A stretch of DNA of 39,895 nucleotides, taken from IMG/VR virus record IMGVR_UViG_2519899564_000019; one strand, given 5' to 3'. Under the pieces are notes generated by a model, which worked only from the letters and a program-made list of their open reading frames with translations, had not been told where the DNA came from and made no database searches. The translations under genes and the position numbers were made by a program. Positions 18,001-26,928 of this stretch are shown piece after piece; positions within the stretch are counted from its first letter, which is position 1, and every line of letters starts with the position of its first letter. The DNA comes from a virus (taxonomy: Duplodnaviria; Heunggongvirae; Uroviricota; Caudoviricetes).

Positions 18001-18474
18001 ATGTCATCCATTGATGCCGCCGTCGTTGTTGACGTTACGCGTCTCCAGCGGGTCTTTGCCCGGCTTCAGTTTGTGGGTGGCGGAAAAGACCTGGCCCGCA
18101 GTGTGGCGTCCAGCCTTCTGTCATCGTCAGAAATGGCGTTTGAACAGGAAAAAGAGCCGGACGGCGAACGCTGGCATGACTGGTCAGATCCTTACCGCAA
18201 GTGGCGTACCCGTAAGGGATACATGCCCGGCAAAATCCTGACGCTGAACGGCGATCTGGCCCGACGCCTGACCACGGATTATGGCGACACCTGGGCGCTG
18301 ATTGGATCAAATGAGCCTTATGCGGCCATTCATCAGTGGGGTGGCCTGCCAGGTATGCCGCCTGGACCGGCGGCCATTGGTGCACGTCCGTATATGGGCT
18401 TTGATCAGGTGGCAGAGCAGGAGATCATGGACGAAATCAGAAAACGCTTTAAAAAGGCCACAGAAACGCCTTAA
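18001..18474 (+). CDS. G: G-like virion morphogenesis protein (Mu gp31 family)
   Basis: 157 aa between F and the protease/scaffold gene. Confidence 0.7.
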   Translation: MSSIDAAVVVDVTRLQRVFARLQFVGGGKDLARSVASSLLSSSEMAFEQEKEPDGERWHDWSDPYRKWRTRKGYMPGKILTLNGDLARRLTTDYGDTWALIGSNEPYAAIHQWGGLPGMPPGPAAIGARPYMGFDQVAEQEIMDEIRKRFKKATETP

Positions 18475-18650
18475 TTGTTTAAGGTATGCAAATGCATTAC
18501 CTTACCCCCTTCAGGCGCGTGTCGTGATTTTCTAACCTGTATTTAACGGGCTTTAAAATCTGCGTGAAGCGCCTTTGTATTTTTCCCCTGGAAGCACTTC
18601 CTGAAATCCCGCAAAACCCGCCCTGAAAATTCCCGGCCTATGCTGCCGGA
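18475..18650. promoter_or_regulatory. G-I intergenic region: probable late promoter for the head operon; candidate centre-of-genome gyrase site
   Basis: 176-bp non-coding gap at about the midpoint of the prophage; near-palindrome GGTATGCAAATGCATTACC at its 5' side. Function inferred from Mu, where PI and the strong gyrase site lie between G and I. Confidence 0.4.
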
Positions 18651-19775
18651 ATGAAGACGAAAAACACGCCCAAACTTGCTTATGCCATTCTGAATGCCAT
18701 CAGCCTGTCCGCAGACGGGGACGGTGACTGGTGTCAGATCATGCCAGCCGGTCGGGTAAAGGCCCGTGACGGTCGCCCGGAAAAACCGGCCGAGGGCTGG
18801 CTGATCAACCATGCAGCCGTTGAGCGCATGGTCTCCCGTGTTGTGGCGCTCAATCAGCCGGTGAAAATTGACTACAACCACCAGACCCTGATTGAGGGAC
18901 ATCCGGCACCGGCTGCCGGTTTTGTGATGGCCTCACCGGAGAATTTTCGCTTCAGTGAAGAGCGAGGTTTCGAGGTGCGCCCGAAGTGGAACCCTCCGGC
19001 CCTTGAACATCTGCGTAATAACGAATTCCCCTGGTTTTCACCGGTGATTGGCTATGACGAGAGCACCGGCGAACCTGTCGAACTTCGGATGCTGGCTATT
19101 ACCGGTGACCCCGGTCTGACCGGCATGAATCCTGTCGCCGCACTGTCGGCGGATGACCTTTATAACGCCTTAAACCCTCCTTTAAAGGATACCTCCATGA
19201 ATGAGCAATTACGCCAGTTGCTGACGGCGCTCGGTCTGACCGTGGCTGACGGTGACGAATTTACGCCGGAGCTGGGCACGGCAGCGCTGTCTGCCCTCAC
19301 CGGGATCAAAACCCGTGCGGATGCACACGACAACCTGAAAACACAGGTCGCCAGTCTGTCGGCAGAGCTGGAAACTGCAAAAGGCACACCGGCTGGCGGC
19401 AGTATTGACCTGACGAAATACGTGCCCGTTGAAACGTATAACGCCCTGCGTACCGAATACGTTGCGCTGTCGGCGCAGCACGGCAGCACCACGCTGGAGC
19501 AGTTGCTGGACAAGGCCGAGTCCGAAGGACGCATCTTCAAAAGTGAACGCGGCTATCTGGAACAACTGGGCGGGCAGATTGGCGTGGCGGCACTTTCTGC
19601 ACAGCTTGACGCCCGCCAGCCGGTTGCGGCCCTGACCGGCCTTCAGACCGACACCGTGACCGTGCCGGATAAAAAGACTGCCACCGCTGTGCTGTCGGCT
19701 GAAGATATCGCGGCCGCCAAACTGCTGGGTAAAACCGAAGCCGAGTTCCTGAAAATGAAAGAGGAAATGCAATAA
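18651..19775 (+). CDS. I: head maturation protease / scaffold (Mu I-Z family)
   Basis: 374 aa upstream of the major capsid gene; Ala/Leu-rich, coiled-coil-like C-terminal half as in Mu I/Z. Confidence 0.75.
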   Translation: MKTKNTPKLAYAILNAISLSADGDGDWCQIMPAGRVKARDGRPEKPAEGWLINHAAVERMVSRVVALNQPVKIDYNHQTLIEGHPAPAAGFVMASPENFRFSEERGFEVRPKWNPPALEHLRNNEFPWFSPVIGYDESTGEPVELRMLAITGDPGLTGMNPVAALSADDLYNALNPPLKDTSMNEQLRQLLTALGLTVADGDEFTPELGTAALSALTGIKTRADAHDNLKTQVASLSAELETAKGTPAGGSIDLTKYVPVETYNALRTEYVALSAQHGSTTLEQLLDKAESEGRIFKSERGYLEQLGGQIGVAALSAQLDARQPVAALTGLQTDTVTVPDKKTATAVLSAEDIAAAKLLGKTEAEFLKMKEEMQ

Positions 19776-20722
19776 TGCCTACCCCGATTACACCGGCGAT
19801 GATCACCGCCCTGATGACGGGCTACCGTTCTGATTTTCAGGCCGGGATGTCCATGGCCCCGTCGCAGTATAAAAAAATTGCGATGACCGTGCCCTCCACA
19901 TCGAAATCCAACACCTACGGCTGGCTGGGGCAGTTCCCGCAGTTCCGTGAGTGGATCGGCTCCCGCGTCATCGAGAAGATGAAAGCCTATGGCTATGCCA
20001 TCGTGAACAAAACTTTTGAAGGCACTGTCGCCATTAGCCGCGATGACTTCGAAGACGACAACCTCGGTATTTATTCCCCGTTGTTCCAGGAGATGGGGCG
20101 CGCTGCGGCGGTACAACCGGATGAGCTGGTCTTTGCTGCCCTGCGTGACGGGATCAGTGCGGCCTGCTATGACGGTCAGAACTTCTTTGATACCGAACAT
20201 CCGGTTTACCCTAAAGTGGATGGCTCCGGGGATGCGCAGATGGTCAGCAATATGTTTGTGGCAAAAACCGGCTCTGTCGGCGCACAGGCTGATTACAGCG
20301 GTCCGGCCTGGTATCTGCTTGACTGCTCCCGCGCGGTAAAACCGCTGATTTATCAGGATCGCCGTAAGGCTGAACTGGTTGCCCAGACCAAAGTCGATGA
20401 AGGTCGCGCATTCACCGATAATGAATTTGTGTTTGGTGCATCCGCCCGTCGCAATGTGGGCTACGGCTTCTGGCAGATGGCCTACATGATGCAGTCACCG
20501 CTGACGCTGGATGCACTGTGGCACGGCTGGTCAGCCATGCGCGAATTTACCGCTGACGGTGGCCGCAAACTCGGCATCAAACCCACCCATATTGTTGTCC
20601 CCACCTCGCTGGAAAAACAGGCGGTGCAGCTGCTGGAGCGTGAACTGTTCGCAGACGGAAACGCAACCGTCTCTAACGAGATGAAGGGCAAGCTGGAGCT
20701 GGTTGTCGCGGATTATCTGTAA
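19775..20722 (+). CDS. T: major capsid protein (Mu T family)
   Basis: 315 aa after the protease/scaffold gene; followed by a GC-rich hairpin. Confidence 0.8.
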   Translation: MPTPITPAMITALMTGYRSDFQAGMSMAPSQYKKIAMTVPSTSKSNTYGWLGQFPQFREWIGSRVIEKMKAYGYAIVNKTFEGTVAISRDDFEDDNLGIYSPLFQEMGRAAAVQPDELVFAALRDGISAACYDGQNFFDTEHPVYPKVDGSGDAQMVSNMFVAKTGSVGAQADYSGPAWYLLDCSRAVKPLIYQDRRKAELVAQTKVDEGRAFTDNEFVFGASARRNVGYGFWQMAYMMQSPLTLDALWHGWSAMREFTADGGRKLGIKPTHIVVPTSLEKQAVQLLERELFADGNATVSNEMKGKLELVVADYL

Positions 20723-20729
20723 ACGGTGA

Positions 20730-20748
20730 GCCGGGCTTACGGCCCGGC
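20730..20748 (+). other. GC-rich hairpin just downstream of the major capsid gene
   Basis: GCCGGGC-TTACG-GCCCGGC (7-bp perfect stem) 8 bp after the stop; no U-tract. Confidence 0.4.
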
Positions 20749-20765
20749 CCCTGCGGAGGGCAAAT

Positions 20766-21143
20766 ATGAATGAACATCACACTGTGGCAGCAACAGATGA
20801 TTCAGGTCTTCAGGTCAGTGGTGACAATTCTGTCACGGTGCTGGCAGAAGTGCGTTGCAGTCGTTCGGCGTTTCGTCGTGCGGGGTTCCTGTTCACGCGT
20901 GGACGTCAGCAGGTTGAGGTCACCCCGGAGCAGCTTGCCCGACTGGAGGCGGAGCCATGCCTCACTGTGCGAATACTACAGACGTCTGCTGATGATGCGG
21001 GGAGCGTGGCGGGTGTGGTTCATGCAGTGGCCTGTACAGATTTAGCCGAAGCCGAAGCCGAAGCCGAAGCCGAAGCCGGACAGGATGCTCCCCGGAAAAA
21101 GACCGGTAACAAAGCGAAACAGGCGAAAAAGGCCCGCGCATGA
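20766..21143 (+). CDS. hypothetical head-region protein with (Ala-Glu)n linker and Lys-rich C-terminus
   Basis: 125 aa after GGAGGG; contains AEAEAEAEAEAG encoded by the GCCGAA tandem repeat and a basic tail RKKTGNKAKQAKKARA. Confidence 0.5.
   Translation: MNEHHTVAATDDSGLQVSGDNSVTVLAEVRCSRSAFRRAGFLFTRGRQQVEVTPEQLARLEAEPCLTVRILQTSADDAGSVAGVVHAVACTDLAEAEAEAEAEAGQDAPRKKTGNKAKQAKKARA
21045..21080 (+). repeat. Tandem hexanucleotide repeat (GCCGAA)x5 plus one GCCGGA unit, in-frame within the CDS
   Basis: Read directly from the sequence at 21045-21080. Confidence 0.9.
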
Positions 21144-21559
21144 ATTACGCCACTGAAACCGATATGCGGGCGCGTTACCGCGAGGATTTGCTCAGGCCGT
21201 TACTGGCTGTGCCCCGTTCGGATGAGCCGGACACGCGCAAGCTGAACCGGGCGCTGACAGATGCGTCAGCCCTTATCGACAGCTATCTGTCCGCCCGTTA
21301 CACGTTGCCGCTGGAGGTTATTCCGGCCGTTCTTGTTCAGCACTGTTGCGCGATTGCCTTTTATTACCTGTGCGATCAGCGAGCCTCCGATCAGGTGCGT
21401 GACCGTTACCGTGAAGCGCTGGCCTGGCTGAAAGATGTCATGAACGGCAATGTGCCGGTCGGTGTGGATACGAACGGTGCGGCCCCTGAATCCGGGGATT
21501 TACCACTGGTTCAGTCTGATGCAGCGGTATTCGGGCGCAACCAGAAGGGCTTCATATGA
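21140..21559 (+). CDS. head-tail joining region protein (Mu gp36-like)
   Basis: 139 aa; assigned by position in the head-tail junction module; ATGA overlap with upstream gene. Confidence 0.55.
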   Translation: MNYATETDMRARYREDLLRPLLAVPRSDEPDTRKLNRALTDASALIDSYLSARYTLPLEVIPAVLVQHCCAIAFYYLCDQRASDQVRDRYREALAWLKDVMNGNVPVGVDTNGAAPESGDLPLVQSDAAVFGRNQKGFI

Positions 21560-22116
21560 TTACGGAAACCGAACAGGCATACATCGCCCGTATCCGTGAG
21601 TATTTCGGGAATGAACTTGTGTCTGTTGACACGCATCCCGGCGACTGGAGCGACGGCGTACTGCGCAGCATGCTGATTAACGCCCCGGCGATCTACGTTG
21701 CCTGGCTGGGTGCCGGTGAAGGCCGTACCCGTGGTCGCCTGGTCAGTCACTGGGTGTTCTACGTCATCGGCGACATGCTCAACGGGCGTGAGGCCAGCCG
21801 TCCCGGACTGTATCAGATTGTGGCCCGGCTGATTGCCGTGCTTAACGGCTTCAGAACAGAAAAAACCTCACCGCTTTACTTTGAAAAGGCTGTCAACGGT
21901 TACACCGAAACCCAGGCGAACAGTGGTGCGGTGATGTATGCGCTTTATTTCTCCTGCGAGGAAATGATCGCACCACTGACCGATATCAGCTCGCTGGATG
22001 ATTTCCTGCGTCATTACGAAACCTTTGTGGAGCCGCCCGGTACGCCGCCGTTTGAGGCACATATTGATTTGCCGGGGAACACGACAACGGCGGTCGAACC
22101 GCCGGAGGAACTGTAA
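21556..22116 (+). CDS. head-tail joining region protein (Mu gp37-like)
   Basis: 186 aa; assigned by position; overlaps neighbours by 4 bp. Confidence 0.55.
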   Translation: MITETEQAYIARIREYFGNELVSVDTHPGDWSDGVLRSMLINAPAIYVAWLGAGEGRTRGRLVSHWVFYVIGDMLNGREASRPGLYQIVARLIAVLNGFRTEKTSPLYFEKAVNGYTETQANSGAVMYALYFSCEEMIAPLTDISSLDDFLRHYETFVEPPGTPPFEAHIDLPGNTTTAVEPPEEL

Positions 22117-22362
22117 ATGAAAACCATCTTTATCAAACCCGCGCCGGGACGCCTGATTCGTGATCCCGACACAATGCGCCCGCTGGCACAGGAGGGGGAG
22201 GAAAAGCCCTTTACGCCGTTCTGGTGTCGGCGTCTTGATGACGGCGATGTCATTCAGGCTGAAAAAGCCGCTGAAGAGGCTCCGGCTGTATCTGCGGATG
22301 CAACGACTGCGACAGAAAAACCGGTCGCCCAACCGGCATCCGATAAGGAGAAACCGCAATGA
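22117..22362 (+). CDS. small conserved tail-region protein (Mu gp38-like)
   Basis: 81 aa immediately upstream of the sheath gene. Confidence 0.5.
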   Translation: MKTIFIKPAPGRLIRDPDTMRPLAQEGEEKPFTPFWCRRLDDGDVIQAEKAAEEAPAVSADATTATEKPVAQPASDKEKPQ

Positions 22363-23861
22363 TTAATTTTGACGGGATCGGTAATGACCGCCGTATACCG
22401 CTGATTGAGGTTGAGTTTAATAACTCCATGGCTGTCACCGGCACTCCGGCACAGCGTCAGTGTGTGCTGCTGTTTGGTCAGGCGAGAATGAAAGAGAATG
22501 CCGTGGACGGTGCCGGTGTTCTGGATGTTCCGGTCAGGATCACCCGTGCGTCTCAGGCAACAGAACTCTGGGGGCGCGGCTCCATGATTGCCCTGATGGT
22601 GGCGGAATTTATCGCCATCAATCCTGATGCTGAACTGTATGCCATTGCTCAGGGGAACGGCACCGGACAGGCAACGGCTGCGGCCATGAATCTGACCGGA
22701 ACGGTCACCCGTGACGGGATTGTTTATGCCTGCGTGGGGGGGCGGCGTTATACACTCCCGGCACCAAAAGGTAAGAAAGGCAAAGAACTGACCGACGAGC
22801 TGGCCGCGCTGATCAATGCCGATCCTGACGCGCCCTTCACGGCCTCCTCTGGTGCAGGAAGTGGTGATAATGGCGCAGGTCTGAAAGGGTCTCTGGGGAT
22901 CACCGCCCGCTTTACCGGTGAATGCTCCGTTCATGATGTGCGCCTGAACTATTACGACGGGGAAGCAACCCCGGAAGGAATACAGGTCGCTATAGCCTAT
23001 CCGAAACAAAAAGCGGCTAACCCGGATATCACCCGAAGCGTGGCGGGTATGGGCGATCGCCAGTACAACTATGTCGTCATGCCCTATAAGGATGATGCAA
23101 ACCTGAAAATCATCAGTGATGAGCTTCTGAAACGCTGGGGACCGGCCAAAATGTCTGACGGCGTGCTGTGGCTGGCACATACCGGCACGTTTGGTGAGGT
23201 GCAGGCATTCGGGGCAAAACGCAATGATTTTCTGGCGACCTGCACATCCATTCCCAAAGCCCCTGAACCGGATTACCTCTGGGCAGCGGCGGTCTGTGCC
23301 ACCTGTGCACCCTCTCTGGGAGCAGATCCTGCGCGTCCGCTTCAGACGCTGGCGCTTCCGTCACGCATGGCCCCGGCTCCGGCCGATCGTCTGACGCGTG
23401 AAGAGCGTAACAGTCTGCTGTGGGGAGGGATTGCCACGGTCAGTGTGGCTGCCGGTGATGTGGTTCAGATCGAACGTCAGGTGACCATGTATCGCCAGAA
23501 CGTGTACGGCGAAAGTGATCCCAGCTATCTGGATGTGGAAACCATCTACACCCTCTCCTGGCTGCGTTATTCCCTGCGTACTTTTATCACACAACGTTTT
23601 CCGCGCCATAAACTGGCTGATGACGGGACGCCCGTTCGTGCCGGTCAGAATATCGTGACGCCGGAGATCATGAAGCTTCAGTTAATTTCGCTGGGTGAAG
23701 AGTGGGTGGAACTCGGGCTGGTCGAAAATCTGGACACCTTTAAAAAGAATCTGCTTGTGGAGCGTAATGCGTCAGATCGAAACCGTCTTGACGTGTTATG
23801 CACGCCGGATCTGGTTAACCAGTTCCGCTTCCTGGCAGCACAGATCCGTTTCATTTTGTGA
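22359..23861 (+). CDS. L: contractile tail sheath protein
   Basis: 500 aa followed by a tube-sized gene, chaperone and tape measure. Confidence 0.8.
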   Translation: MINFDGIGNDRRIPLIEVEFNNSMAVTGTPAQRQCVLLFGQARMKENAVDGAGVLDVPVRITRASQATELWGRGSMIALMVAEFIAINPDAELYAIAQGNGTGQATAAAMNLTGTVTRDGIVYACVGGRRYTLPAPKGKKGKELTDELAALINADPDAPFTASSGAGSGDNGAGLKGSLGITARFTGECSVHDVRLNYYDGEATPEGIQVAIAYPKQKAANPDITRSVAGMGDRQYNYVVMPYKDDANLKIISDELLKRWGPAKMSDGVLWLAHTGTFGEVQAFGAKRNDFLATCTSIPKAPEPDYLWAAAVCATCAPSLGADPARPLQTLALPSRMAPAPADRLTREERNSLLWGGIATVSVAAGDVVQIERQVTMYRQNVYGESDPSYLDVETIYTLSWLRYSLRTFITQRFPRHKLADDGTPVRAGQNIVTPEIMKLQLISLGEEWVELGLVENLDTFKKNLLVERNASDRNRLDVLCTPDLVNQFRFLAAQIRFIL

Positions 23862-23869
23862 GGTAAGGC

Positions 23870-24235
23870 ATGAGCGGAAAACAGTATCAGGGTACGGCCA
23901 CTATCCGTGTGAACGGTCAGGAATACGAGACGCTTGAGGGGGCTACATTTTCTCCGTCTGGTTTTGAACGTGAAGTGGTGAAAGGCGCGAAAGTCTATGG
24001 TTACCGCCAGAAACCACGTGAAGCGACGCTGGACTGCAAATTTCCGGCAGGCGGAGAAGGTTCACCAGCCGCCGATGAAATCAACAACTGGACTGCGGTC
24101 ACTATCGAGTTTGTGGCGGATACCGGCGAAGTCCACATGATGACGAAGGCCTGGAGCAGTGAACCGGCCTCGCTTGACGGTGGCGGGGAGATCTCCGTGA
24201 AGTTCGCCAGCGCCTCCAGTACCCGTGTTCAGTGA
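23870..24235 (+). CDS. M: tail tube protein
   Basis: 121 aa directly after the sheath gene. Confidence 0.75.
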   Translation: MSGKQYQGTATIRVNGQEYETLEGATFSPSGFEREVVKGAKVYGYRQKPREATLDCKFPAGGEGSPAADEINNWTAVTIEFVADTGEVHMMTKAWSSEPASLDGGGEISVKFASASSTRVQ

Positions 24236-24726
24236 TCAGGAAAAATAAAATGACCACACGTAAGAAAAAAACGGCAGTTTCCGAGGCAGCCGTGATGGAG
24301 GCAATCCGGGAAGCACTTGAGGGGGCTGATCCACGCACTGCCGGGCTGACAGAGCAACTGGCAAAGGGATATGTGGATCTGCTTGATGGTCTGCCGTTTG
24401 GTGAGACCCGTGAATATCGTGTCACGTTCCGGGAACTGACAGCGAAAGACAGTATTGACGCAGAAGCAGAAGCCGAGCGCGTGGTGGAGACAAACAATGG
24501 CCCGATGCTGATAGCGTCTCCGTCGTTACGCGGTGTTGCACTGCTGCGCCGTCAGATTGCCGCAGTGGGAGACATTGAAGGTCCGTTGTCACCCCGTCAG
24601 ATTGGACAGTTAAGCGAGCGCGATCTCTCCCGCCTGATGGCAGCGGTCAGCCTGCTGGATACCGCGCTTGCCGGAAAGCTGGCAGCTGACCGGGGGCGAT
24701 CAGGCGCAGTGTCGGGATCAGATTGA
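24232..24726 (+). CDS. tail assembly chaperone (possible frameshift extension to 24850)
   Basis: 164 aa between tube and tape measure; an overlapping +1-frame ORF (24668-24850) ends 2 bp before the tape measure start. Confidence 0.55.
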   Translation: MIRKNKMTTRKKKTAVSEAAVMEAIREALEGADPRTAGLTEQLAKGYVDLLDGLPFGETREYRVTFRELTAKDSIDAEAEAERVVETNNGPMLIASPSLRGVALLRRQIAAVGDIEGPLSPRQIGQLSERDLSRLMAAVSLLDTALAGKLAADRGRSGAVSGSD

Positions 24727-24852
24727 AGAAGCGGCAATTATCCTGGGGATGGTGACAAAAAGCGGTCCGGAATGGGCGCTTAACCTCCCCCTGTCGCAAC
24801 TTTACCGGCACTGCCGACAGACAGAAAAAATCATCAGAACGAAGCAGTAAGT

Positions 24853-26928
24853 ATGGCCCGAAATCTCAGAGCATCTCTGATAGTTGATTTGCTCGGCAAT
24901 ATCTCAGCCAAATCCCGCCAGTGGTCACAGGAGCTGGGGGCATTCTCACGCTCCGGCCAGGCGGGGCTGGGTGGCCTGGGAAATGCTGCCCGCCGTGCCG
25001 GGCAGGAAACAGATGTACTCGGAAGCAGGATGCAGCGCACGCTGGCCGGGGTGCGGGGCAGTATCCGCCATGTCACTTCTGATTTTGACCGTCTTCAGGG
25101 CAGTATTACCGGCACCATCGGGCGGATCAGCAATCTTTACGGAATGCTGGCCGGTGGTGCTGCTGTATATGGCTTTAACCGGGGATTTATTCGCCCGGCA
25201 GCGGAGATGGAAACCTATATGATTCGCCTGAACTCCCTTTACAAAGGGGATCGGGCGAAAACTGATGATGTCCGCAGGTGGGCAATACAGAATGCGAAGG
25301 AAACCACCTGGGGGCTGGCTGGCGTCATGCAGGAATATACGTCCAGTCTGGGCTTTGGTATGAGTGACAGGGAGGCCCGAAATTTTGTCACCATGCTTCA
25401 GGATCAGGGTGCCGTGGGCGGCTGGTCACTGTCCGATGCACAGGGGGCATCCCTGCAACTGAAACAGATGTATGCAAGAGGCAGTATTCAGGCGGCGGAT
25501 GCAAATATTCTTGCCACCTACGGCATTAATGCCTACCGCGTGCTGGCTGATCGTCTGGGTGTGGACCAGAAAGTGGTCAGAAAACTTGGTGAAAAAGGGC
25601 TGCTTGGGCCGGACAGTATTCGCCTGTTATTTCAGACGCTGGCGGAACAGGCCAGGGGAGCACAAAAGGACGCAATGAATTCCTGGAGTGGCCTGACGGC
25701 CATGATGGGTGACGTCTGGGACCAGTTTGCCCGGGATGTGATGGACAGTGGGCCATTTGAAAAACTGAAGGGTAATCTCAGGGGATTTCTTTCATGGGTT
25801 GACAGTGCCAAATCTGATGGCAGTTACCATTCCCTGGCGGAAAGCACGGCATCAGCCATGAACCAGGGCTTTGAGTATGCCCGTGATGCAGTGACAGGGT
25901 TTTATCAGGCGATCAGAAAGGTACGCGACACGCTTCAGGCTCTGCGGGATGCGGGCTATGGTGATGCGCTGGATCGCATTGGTCAGGGGGCACAGACCGC
26001 CGCGAAATACCTGCTGTACATGTATCTCGCCATCCGTGCCCTGAAAATGGCGCGGGCTGTCGGAACGGGGATTATACGTCCGGGTGCTGCATTGCTGGGA
26101 TACGGATTATCAGCGGCGGCCTTCCTGACCTCACCTTTCCGGCGCTCTCCTCCGGCCGGAACACCACCAGGCACATCTCAGGGACGAGGGCAACGTTTTA
26201 TAAACTTTCTTACCGGGGTAAATCCGGCAGCCGTTCAGCCAGTACTTGTAACAAACTGGCCCACAGGAGGACTGTCCGGCACCGGCGCGACCGATACATC
26301 CTCAGGCGGACGTCAGGGGCGGGGCCGCAGGAAACGCGGACCGGGGCGCGGAAGACCGGTCACGCCTCCCCTGCCACCGTCCCCAGTGCCACCGTCTCCC
26401 TCTTCTGGTGGGGCAGGGTTCTGGGGGCGCATGATGGGGCGCGCCGGTGGGTTACTTTCGTCTGTCGGTAGCCGCATGGGGCTGGGGCGTTTCTCCGGCT
26501 TTTTCCGCAGTGCCGGTGGACTGGCCGGCCGGCTGGGTGGAGGTGCCCTGTGGGCTGGCGCGATGGCAGCCCCGGTTCTGCTGGATGGCAGCGCCAGTGC
26601 CACAGACAAGGGAGAAGCGGTCGGCTCTCTTGCAGGCAGTATTGCCGGTGGTGCGCTGGGGGCGGCAGCCGGACCTGTGGGGATTGCCATTGGTTCTACG
26701 GTGGGCAGCTATCTCGGTAACTATCTGGGGGGATGGCTGACTGAAGCCTGGCAGAAATTACGGGGCAGTGATGATGAAAGCAGTGGACAGGCGGTACAAA
26801 AAGCCTCTGCCCGTGTGGAGCTGGTTGCCCCGGAAGGGTGGCAGGCTCGCAGTATTGATATTGATGACACGTCCGGTCACGGACTGGATGTGAATGTCTG
26901 GAACGGAGGGAATTATGGCCTCTGGTGA
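24853..26928 (+). CDS. tail tape measure protein
   Basis: 691 aa; long helical N-terminal part and a Gly/Pro/Arg-rich low-complexity region (about 26150-26700). Confidence 0.8.
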   Translation: MARNLRASLIVDLLGNISAKSRQWSQELGAFSRSGQAGLGGLGNAARRAGQETDVLGSRMQRTLAGVRGSIRHVTSDFDRLQGSITGTIGRISNLYGMLAGGAAVYGFNRGFIRPAAEMETYMIRLNSLYKGDRAKTDDVRRWAIQNAKETTWGLAGVMQEYTSSLGFGMSDREARNFVTMLQDQGAVGGWSLSDAQGASLQLKQMYARGSIQAADANILATYGINAYRVLADRLGVDQKVVRKLGEKGLLGPDSIRLLFQTLAEQARGAQKDAMNSWSGLTAMMGDVWDQFARDVMDSGPFEKLKGNLRGFLSWVDSAKSDGSYHSLAESTASAMNQGFEYARDAVTGFYQAIRKVRDTLQALRDAGYGDALDRIGQGAQTAAKYLLYMYLAIRALKMARAVGTGIIRPGAALLGYGLSAAAFLTSPFRRSPPAGTPPGTSQGRGQRFINFLTGVNPAAVQPVLVTNWPTGGLSGTGATDTSSGGRQGRGRRKRGPGRGRPVTPPLPPSPVPPSPSSGGAGFWGRMMGRAGGLLSSVGSRMGLGRFSGFFRSAGGLAGRLGGGALWAGAMAAPVLLDGSASATDKGEAVGSLAGSIAGGALGAAAGPVGIAIGSTVGSYLGNYLGGWLTEAWQKLRGSDDESSGQAVQKASARVELVAPEGWQARSIDIDDTSGHGLDVNVWNGGNYGLW

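Noticed and set aside
21045-21080. CRISPR array
   Set aside because: The only tandem repeat is a 6-bp in-frame coding repeat with no spacers; no repeat-spacer array or cas-like genes anywhere in the window.
24668-24850. Independent 60-aa gene between chaperone and tape measure
   Set aside because: It begins with TTG inside the chaperone gene and ends 2 bp before the tape measure start; more economically explained as a frameshift extension or as non-coding overlap.
26150-26700. Low-complexity Gly/Pro/Arg-rich stretch as a separate repeat element or contingency locus
   Set aside because: It lies in-frame within the tape measure protein, where Gly-rich segments are common; no exact nucleotide tandem repeats were seen.
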